NCBI GenBank assembly: GCA_964019335.1
Contig: OZ025648.1
Span: 744,001 to 808,000, forward strand
Direction: 5' to 3'
DNA length: 64,000 bases
Source of the DNA: Diplonema japonicum
Taxonomy: Eukaryota > Protista > Euglenozoa: Diplonemea
Within the stretch, counting starts at the first letter, position 1, and each line of letters begins with the position of its first letter. The notes below the pieces were generated by a model. The model was given only the letters and a program-made list of their open reading frames with translations. It ran no database searches and was not told where the DNA came from. Positions 44,001-53,784 of this stretch are shown one piece after another. The translations under genes were made by a program, and so were the position numbers.

Positions 44001-47000
44001 TGCGGAAGGGCTGAAGCTATGGAGAACGCCGAAGGGCGAAGCGTGGGAAGGCGATGCTGTAATCGACCTTGTGGAGGACGCGAGGTGGACGGTAGGCAGG
44101 AAGGACGGAGTGGCATGGCGTGTAGCGGTGCCACTATTCATCCACACAGCCTCCATCTATCACACCACCATCTGGGCCGTGTGGGTGGCACAGCCCGAGC
44201 GTGTAATCGATGGGTGGTGGAAAGTCATTGAGAACACGGAAGACTTCGAGGGAGCCTTCGCAACGGAGGGACGGTCAGAGGACAGCCTGCAGCTCAACCA
44301 ACGCTGCGTCAACGCGATAGCAAACACCCTCACGAAGACCCCCGACGAGGTGCCCAAGCTCTTCCATGCCGTGAACCCGAAGACCAAACGAGGTCTCTAC
44401 GGCTTCACGACCACTAGCCCCGGCGAGGAGTGCACCGAGAAGGATCTCATCATATTTAGGTTCCGTGCAGGTGATGTGCAGGCCGCACGTTCATTCAGCT
44501 CGTGCGTTGCGTGGCTCCCCGCACCCGATAAAGCTTTCGTGAATGAAGACATCCTGCCGCTGTTCAGCGTGCTAGAATATATCTACTCGAGAACCCCAAC
44601 GGAGCCTCTAAAAGGCAAAGACGGCGGGAAGGGATGGGAATGCTGCCTTGCTCCTAGCAAGGACCTCCCGGACATCATATCCTCGGTCAGAACAAGGATA
44701 CGACAGCACAACCCGCAGACTTCTGATGAATCAGACCTGGAGTTGTACAAGGAGGTCGAAGAAAGAGTGAACAAGCTGGACAGCACACTGCTGACGGAGA
44801 CGTTCAAAGCGAAGATAAAACCGAGAAACGCACACGCGGACGACGTTGTCCCGACTCTGGACATGATATCCCAGGCGCTTGACATTCAACAACTGACGTT
44901 CAAAGACGGCGGCCTGAAGTTCATGCTTGCCTTGACGGGGCCGAAGAAGACGATAGCATACGAAATTCTCAAAGACGGCACTCCCGAAGTCAATGTCATC
45001 CACCTACACAGGGTATGCCGCCCTATGGGGTGCATGCCGTCCGACTACTTAGGGATAACCGCAGCGAACCTAATCAACGATCGAACGGAAATAAAACTGG
45101 AAATCGCGAAGAAAAGCACGATGGAGTACGCAGGTGTTTACAATCTGGTGCACCCTGGCGACGATGCCGAGTCTATGTATAACCAATCTCGCCGTGGAAG
45201 ACGCAGGGGTGTCAGGTCCACAACCACAGGTCCGATGTTAAACTCAACCCTGAGCTTCAGCGGCGACTTAGTAGGCTCGGAGAGTATTCATGCTTCCAAT
45301 GAGTTCGAAATTGAAGCCGACGAGTTCAGAAGGAAGGAAACGCCATCTCTGTCCGCTAGATGGTCTCGAAAGCGCGACGCATGGATCGTTATCACAAACT
45401 CCGGGAAACATGCTATTTCAGCGGAAGATGTTACCCTCCATCTTGGGAATTACATGACATCCTCTGTCCGGCCTCTTATGATGTCTGTTCAGTTCGCATT
45501 GGACGACATGATGATCGGGTCACGTCCGCCACCGTTGTACAGGGCTTCTTTAAACGCGAATTTAGCTAAGGACACGGCGATTATCTGGAGCTCGATGATA
45601 TCTGCTAGCGAGTCGCACACCATGGTGGAGTCGATGTTCAAGGAGGACGATGGGGCGACCATCTTCACGCTGTCGTGTACCTCTGCGAAGCCCATTTCTG
45701 ATTATTCTCGTTTCGGGCGTGAAATGGAATGGGCGGTGCCCCCCAACTGCGTGTTCGAACGGAAGGATGACAATCTCATCGAGGCGAACGACAACAGAGC
45801 GTTGAGCTTGTTCATTCAAGACAAGATCTCGTCGCTGTCTGCGAAGACAGAAAACTCCGATGTCATCAACCAACTGTTGTCCGCAAAGCAAAACCTAAAC
45901 CAAAACAACGTCCACAAGGCGTTGGAGATTATCTTGGAACCTGGCGATCCTGAAAGACCGGTATGGCATATGGGGGAGAAGGGAGAAGGGGGGGGGGGAA
46001 AGTTAACCACAGCTCATTGAGGACGATGACGGCTTCACAATCGCCAAAAAAACACTCCAATGCGGTGCAGACCCTATCTATGTCACCCGTGCTTTGTACA
46101 AGGCGGCGAAGGAGGGGTATTACAAGTGCGTCCCGCACTTGATGGAGTTAGGCGCCAATGTGAATGCAAAAGAGGACAGCATTGGGATGACCCCCGTGGA
46201 GCTTGCTATATTGGGAGGACACGAATATGTCATACAGGTATGTGGGGGGAAAAAAGAAGAAGGGAAAAAAACCAAACCTTTTCGTGCAGCATCTTCGATC
46301 TTGTTCTTCCGTGTCCATATCGCTCCCGGATGTCCGAAGCTACGCCGCGAGCGGTGAGGAGCTGGCTGTGCTTCTCATCCACACTTTGGAGAAAAGTGAA
46401 GGCAAGGCGGCGTCCGTACTGGTGGCGGACAGAGACGGGAAGTTTCCCATCAACCTTGCCAACGAGAACGGACACAAGTACACGGTCTACTTGTTAAAAA
46501 CTCTGGTACTGTCTTTTAAAAAAAAAAAAAAAAAAGAAGAAATCCACAACAACAGATGCTGGAAGTGGGGAAGTCCCTGCGTGAGATAGACAACGTGTAC
46601 TCGATGAGCCTCATAGACGTGCTGAGAGAGGCAATCGAAGCAGGGGAGAGCAAGGCGGCCATGGCCCTCCTGAAAACAATGGACAAGGTGCGGGAGAAAA
46701 ACGGGGTGAAAAACTGTCTGCACTACGCAAGCCAAAAGTTCACCCAAGGACAGGGGATACAGGTGCTGCGAGAGCTGACAAGAAAAGGCACACCACTCAT
46801 CAACATGATCGACCAGTCATCATGGTCTCCCTTGCGGTACGCAGTGGACGCGGGCAACACGCAAGCTGTGGAGATCCTTCTTGCAGCGGGTGCGAACCCC
46901 TACATCCCTGACAAGCATGGGAACCCCATCACAAGCCAAGCAAAGTCTGACGGAACTATAAGAGCACGCCTTCACGAGTATTTTGAAGACCGCTGGGCCA

Positions 47001-49141
47001 GCGCCCACGGTATTTACAAACACCTCCGTGCAGATGTGAAGGAAAAACTGGAGGAATTGGCGTCGATGTTCTTGCAGTCACCTGAAGAGCTTGTCGAAGT
47101 CCGCAAGGAATACCTGTTCTGGAGGGACGACAGGGGCAGCATCAACAAAGTTTGCTACAACTTCATCGCGAACGGGCCCAAGGGAGAGGGCGTGGACGAG
47201 CTCAGCGCGAGAATCACACAATGGAGGTCGCGATTTGAGAACAGCACCGAGAATGTATAATTTTCAAAAAAAAAAAAAAAATATTGCAGATTCAACTTCA
47301 CGAGACGACAAAGAGGAAGGACCTCACCAAAGCTTGGCTCGAAGCCTGGGACAGTCTCAAAGCCGACTCCGAAGCAGAGATGAAGTACATGAACGACATG
47401 CACCACGGGGTCACGCATGGTAAACGGTGGGATTTCGTGAGGATCGCGAAAGTGTTGAACTCGGTTTTATTGTTTCTCTCCGGGGTATGTTCCGAGAAAA
47501 AAGGAGGAAAAAAAAAAATAAATGCACAACAGTTCTACGTTCTCCTGTCTGTCCCTTACTACATTTTCGCAAACGAGGAGGTCGGGACGCTCTGCACGGC
47601 GATAGATGCTGTTCTATACAGTTTGTACGCTGTGAACTTTGTCATCAATATAAAGGTTAGAAAAAAATTTTAAAAAAAAAAAAGAAGAAAAAAAAAAAAA
47701 AAACCAGGCACGTCCTAACACGGTCGAGATCGACACCGCCTCGCCTAGCAAGGAGGAGAAGGACGACTCTCTCACGAAGGAGAACGACGCCGAACGCGAG
47801 GACCGCGTCACCCTCATAAAAATTACGTACCTCCGGAAAGGTTTGATGCTCGTCCCGATCCTCCCGCTACGCGCCTTCGGAACGAACCCTTTACTAAGAC
47901 TGAACCTTCTCCTCGGCTATACCCATTGCTACAAACTAAACGAACTCGGCTTCTTACAAGACAACGTAATGCAAATGTCATGGGTCCTCATGCTTGCTTG
48001 CTACGTCTCATATCTGACAGGACTTGTTCAACTTGCAGGCGAATGGGGTGTATGCAGCTCTGCCAATACTAGCGGTTTCTGGCAATGTCAATACTACACG
48101 TTAAGGCTCTTTGCAGGGTGGGATGTGTATAGAACCAGCACCAATGAAGAGACGGGCATCGTGGTACTAGCGGTCATTGTGACACTGATAGGGTTCGCAA
48201 CACGAGCGTTGTTCATAGCAGCGGTGATACGTTTGGTAGAAACGAGAAACCCCCGAAAGAAAGCTTACCGAGACAAGGTTGAAGAAGTACTAGACTGTCT
48301 ATCACACGCAAAGCCCGAGGTTCAACAAATCGCGCTAGACTACTACAAACTATGCTGGCGAACACGCGGTACCGTCGACCTCGTCCAGACCTCCGAGGTC
48401 CTCGGCCCGTTGTACCCCTTACTACAGTACATGGTGGAGTCCGCCACTGCAATCGAAGTTAAGATGAAAATCCCGCTTCTCAACAGGGTGACAATCGACA
48501 AGCTCACCGACGTCATCTCCTCCTTCAGGTACATGCTCGCTCCAAAAGGAGTGATGTTCTTTTCGCAAGGTGATGAATCGACGCACATGTATTTTATATT
48601 GTCAGGGTCGGTTGAGGTGTATGTGGGAAATCATTGTTTTGTGGCAAGACTGTCAAAAGGAGATTATTTCGGTGAGGTGGGGCTCATCACCAAAAGGAAA
48701 CGCAACGCATCGGTCATGGCAAGCTCAGATTGCGAATTATACCAATTCGACGAGGGTGCGTTCGCGGAGCTGTTGAGCAACAAAGATGTTCACTCTGAGA
48801 TCATTAAAGTGGCGTCGGATAGGAAACATGATTCTGATCCTATTCTGAACCATCTTGCGCTGCACACGCTTGACGACACTGAAGCTTTGTACTCCACCTC
48901 CTCGCAGACTGTGAACTGGGATCTTGACGGGGTCGTGTCGATCCGTTCTGCTGATTTCAACCATCCGCCCCCCCTTCCTTCGCAGCCTTTGATCGCCTCT
49001 CCTATTGCACCTCGTGAGCGGGAACACCGGAAGGTAAAAAAAGGAAGGTGGGTTAAACCCCGTGGGCACAGCCAGTCAACCACATTGACCAACCCCTCAC
49101 ATCCTTCTAACCCGTTGGCGCTCACCCATAAGCACACTCAG

Positions 49142-49174
<33 letters not shown>

Positions 49175-49281
49175 CGGGAAAAAAAAAAAAAAAAAACCAG
49201 AATGAAGGGGATCTCGAGTTGGCGAGCCACAGCAGCACCATGAGTGCTCACGGAGACGGGCATGTTTGGGATGAGGATTGA
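41044..49281 (+). CDS. ADP-ribosyltransferase / ankyrin / 6TM cyclic-nucleotide-binding ion channel fusion, ~2629 aa, 8 exons (41044-45960, 46013-46237, 46290-46505, 46556-47254, 47290-47484, 47533-47655, 47708-49141, 49201-49281)
   Basis: Seven 35-59-nt phase-0 GT..CAG introns join all fragments in frame. ART motifs YRG/YSSSS/EME and YRA/ISAS/EME. Ankyrin repeats, six hydrophobic segments, a C-linker and a CNBD (QGD..MYFILSG.V..GDYFGEVGL..RNASV). Confidence 0.82.
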
Positions 49282-50520
49282 TTTGATTTTTTTTTTCCCC
49301 CTTCTATGTCTATTACACGTTCCCTATGGCCATATATATATTATTTTTTTCCTTTTTTTCTTCTTTTTTTTTTCGTAGTGGTGGGAAACATTGGGAGTAC
49401 ATCAGATGTGTTGTTCGCTGTTTGACCTCCTTGTCGGTCATCACCGGTAACAACCTAGTGGAAGAACGTATTGCAGATGCTCAAGGTGACGAACAGGCAA
49501 ATTGCTGGGGTTGAGCTGCACACCGCACGCATTAAGGACGCGCCGCGGAATGCAGAACTCGGCCGAGGTGCGCCCCTGTAATCAACTGGCCTCCTTTATC
49601 TCACATATAAGTTATCGATTTTTTTTTTTTTTTTAATATTTAAGATCGGTGTGGTGTAAACCCCCTCGATTTTTTTTTCCCCCTTCTTTTGGGGCCATGT
49701 GGTTCTCTGAACCCGCCTCTAAAAAAGCAGGCGTGCGCGTCCTTTTTTTATTTTTTTATTAATTTTTTTTTTGCCTTGGAAATCACTTTAAATCGGCCTT
49801 TCCCATCCCCCCCCCCCCCCCCCCACCAGGATTGGCTTCGGATGTAGTTTCCTTTGGAAAAAAAAAACCAACGTCCTGTACAGTTCTGTAGGAGGGAAGG
49901 AAGAAAAAAAAAGAAAAAAAAAAGGGTTTCAAAGAATACAGGTTACAGTTTTTTCCCTCTTTTTTTTGACATCCCCCCCCCCCCCCCCGACTCTGCGAGT
50001 TGCTTTTTTTTCTAGCTTTTTTTTTAATACTATTGCACCTGAGTGAGTGAGAGGAAAGGGGGAAAAAAGGACAATAAAAAAAAACCCCTCTTACGCAGCT
50101 TTATTAGGAGGGTCCTGGTTATCTTCCCGAAAGGTTAGTAACGTACTCCTTCAAAAAAAAATGAACCTGTGAGCCCTCCCATTTTTTCTTTTTTTTTTTT
50201 TTTGCGCCTCAAAATCCCAGGGGAAAAAAAACCACCTTTTTTTCCCCCCGGGATTTCTCGAGCTAACTTTGTTCTTTTTTTTTTTTTTCCCGCCTAAACA
50301 TCGCCTTTTTTTATTTAAAAAAAACCAACCTTACCCTTCTCCCCGCCACTTCGTTTGCGTAGAACAAAAAAAAAAGAAAAAAAAAAGAAAAAAAAAAGTA
50401 TAAGACTCAGATTCTAAGAATTGTTTCCAACAAGGGGGTTTTTTCCTTGAGGGTTTGCCTATCTGTCGGTACATTTTGAATCGAATTTCTGAGTCTATAG
50501 AGAAAAAAAGGAAGAAAAAG

Positions 50521-50553
<33 letters not shown>

Positions 50554-50712
50554 AATCAGAGTAAACTTTTTTTTTTTTTTTTTTTTTTTATATTTGGTTC
50601 TGTTCCTTCACATCTGTTCCGGCTTATTTTTTTTTTTTTTTTTTTTTTATATTTTTTGGCTTTCCCTCCCCCCACCCACCTGCCCTCGGAAAACACAACA
50701 AAAGGCCACACA

Positions 50713-50766
<54 letters not shown>

Positions 50767-50769
<3 letters not shown>

Positions 50770-52318
50770 TCTGCAAAAGAAGACCATGCAGACTTAAGAA
50801 AAGCTCTGGATAGCTCGGATCTGGACAAAGTTAAAGAGATTGTAAGAAACAGCGGATGCCCGGAAGAATGCCGATATGAAATGTGGAAGATGGTTCTAGG
50901 TGTCAAGGAAGAAGGCACCTTAAGAACCGGCGACGTAGATATGAACAGTCTCCAAATGGACACCGAACTCCTCCTCCAAGGCAAGAGCGACGGAAACCTC
51001 AGCAAAAAGGACGTAGAGGACGTTTTAGTAGACTACTGCATCTGTCGAGGCACCACATATTCCATAGAACTCACAGATCTCATAGGACCGCTCATATCCC
51101 TTCAAGGCGTCACAACTGTAGGCTGCTCCGGACTGCTTAAAGCAATATGCAGTCAATACGCCCCTTTCCTTCATTACCCAACATCATCACCTATTGGAGA
51201 AGCCGCGACTGAAGCAACACAAGTTGACACATATAACCTTCTAATCAGGCTTTTACTTCAGTACCATGATGCGGTGTTGTGCACCCATTTGGACAGAAAT
51301 AAATGCGATACGGGCGAACTGGTTACATGGTTGAACGGGATATTTGTGAACCAACTTGGTTCGGAGTCGATTCATCCTTTGTGGGATGTTTTTTTTTCGG
51401 ATCCCGACCAACTTCTCTCTACTTTTTTCGGTCTGGCCGTGTTGGTTGGAAACAGAACGGAGCTCTTAGAAGCTTCAGGAGAACAAGCTGTCACCGAAAC
51501 TCTTGGTGCAATTTCCATTCCGTCAGGGGTTGACTCTATTAATAGTCTTTTACAATCCGCAGCGGAATTTCGAAAAGCAACACCGCCTTCTGCTTGTATG
51601 CGAATTCTGAAACTGTTTAACCCCATTGGGAGTATTAACCAAGAGCTCCATGACGAGCTGATCACATGTGTTGTCCTACCGATTGAAAGCGAAGAACTCA
51701 TCGAAGTGTTCAAAAAACGCCAAGCTCCCCGATCGTCTCTTAAGTTCATGGTGTTGGACTGCAGAGCATTGAAAAGCTACAACTTCGCACGACTTCCCAC
51801 TGCAGTACACGTTGGCCCCAATGTCGGGTACGAACCTACAAAATTATCGGAAATGCTTGAACGGTTCGAAGGCGCGCGGGGATCGCATTTCTGTTTAATG
51901 GGTACCGGGAGGGGGATACAAGCTGAGCTCAATCTGCTCAATGTCCTTGCGTTGCGATTTGTGTCAAATGGGTTCAGTCATATTGGTGTTGCTGTGGACG
52001 GGTTTAAGGGAGTCATCCCATTCATCAAAGCAGATCTTATAGAATTTGTTAGGGAAACCGTCGACCCTCAGCCCCCCACCCCGTCAAAGGGGCTTGAGGA
52101 TAGTACAGTCATAGAGGGTGATGCCAAGCCCCACAGTCTGGCGTCTCTTAAAGAAGTCGACACAGCGGCGCTGAAGAAAGCTGCGAATGAGAAGGCCGAC
52201 AAGGTCAAAAAATGGGGGCGCGGTCTGCTTGAAAAATGGACGTCGGGAGCCGGGGCAGAAACATCTCAGCAACCCGCCCAAAAACAAGAACAGTCGTCGA
52301 GATTTGGTGGTATGTGTG

Positions 52319-52351
<33 letters not shown>

Positions 52352-53029
52352 CTGAGAATAAAAAAAAAAAAAAAAAAGGCTATTTCGGAGGCAAAACAAG
52401 TCAGAAAGATGTGCCCTCGACAGCTTCCAAGAAGACAGCTTCTCCCAAGACCGTTGCCGCAAAGCCATCCAACGAGGTGTGTTATTAAAAAAAGGGGGGA
52501 AATAAAATAAAAATAAAATAAATAAACAGCAAGAGCCGGCCTTCGCTCTTGTCGGTCACGACTCAGGGGATTCTGATGACGATTTCCAGCTCATATCCCA
52601 TCCTACCAGGGTGGAGGGCGGTGGGTATGTGATAATTTGTTATAATTACTGTATTTTCTTTTTTTTTTTAAATCCCCCTTCCCCCCGCAGTCCTGAAGAA
52701 CCCGCACCAGTTGAAGCCCCTGTTGTCGCAGAGGAGGAAAAAGAGATTGAAGAAGAAAAACCAGAGGCGAAAGAAGAAGAGCCCAAGAAGGAAAGAGAAG
52801 AAGTACAGGAAGAAGTGGTGGCACCTGAGGTGAAGAAAGAAGAAAAGAAGGCGGTGGACTACGACGATGACATCTTTGGAGACGTGACCCCCGAGGAACT
52901 TGCCAGCAGCAAGGCAGCAGAAAACACAACAGAAGAAAAGAGCGCGTCCCCCTCAACTGCTTCCCCTAAGAAGGACGACATGGATATTTTCGCGGATGAT
53001 TTCAATATCGATGATATTGAACTGTATGT

Positions 53030-53082
<53 letters not shown>

Positions 53083-53148
53083 AGGCCCAGCGACAAAAAG
53101 GTTACGAAGACGTCCGACAAAGATGATCTTGATGATCTGTTTAATTAA
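50767..53148 (+). CDS. TBC1D23: TBC1D23-like protein (TBC + rhodanese-like domain, acidic tail); introns 52310-52378, 52477-52529, 52625-52690, 53024-53084
   Basis: RLLLQYHD..LC..LD, LWD, VLDCR..YN..LPTA.H and HFCLMGTG match TBC1D23. Removing the introns gives a continuous frame ending DDLDDLFN*. Confidence 0.78.
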
Positions 53149-53784
53149 AAAAAAAAAAAAATCTGGCTGTGATTTTTTGCCCTATGAACGTAGAAACACA
53201 ATTTTTCTCTCTGTTTTTTTTTTTTTCTTCTCCCTTCTTATTCTCCCTTTTCTCTTCTTCGCTGAAAGTGTTTTTTTTTTTTTTTTTTTTTTGCAAGAAC
53301 GAGTCTTTGACTTGTCTAAACAAAAGGGGAACGTTGGCAACGTGTTTCGGGTTGACAAACTTCTCCAGGTTTTACCCGGCAAGTACAAACAACGGCCAGT
53401 TCCTCTTTTTTTTCGTTCTTTTTTTTATTATTATACTCTACGGGAAGAGGGAAGGAGAGAGAGATATTCATCGAATTCTTTTTTTTTTTGTAAAATAATT
53501 AAAACACTTTTTCTTTAAACCCCCCCCCCCCCCAGTGTGAGTTTCTAAAGATTTATACCCTGTCGGTTTTCTTTCCTTTTTCTTCTTTTTTTATTGCCAC
53601 CACCTTGCCGTATTATGTTTCCCTGAACTTCTCACCCCCCCCCCCCCCCCGCCTTACCTGGTCTTGGATCTATTTTTTTTTTTTTTTTTGCAAACACACT
53701 CATATCATCAAAAGGAGAAATTTGAAAGGGAGAAAAAAAAATGAGAATAAGAATACAATAGAAATCAGGAGAAGAAAGAAGACC

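Noticed and set aside
45961-47707. Frame breaks read as a pseudogene, programmed frameshifts or stop readthrough
   Set aside because: Every break is resolved by a GT..CAG intron of the same size class seen in conserved genes such as ERD2.
49380-49600. Balanced-composition island after the channel gene
   Set aside because: No long frame, no splice link to the upstream gene and no convincing fold.
50455-50766. N-terminal extensions in the ORF track (50455, also 1229, 53605, 55692)
   Set aside because: Homopolymer-derived sequence, mostly from non-ATG starts; the downstream ATGs mark the compositional start of coding.
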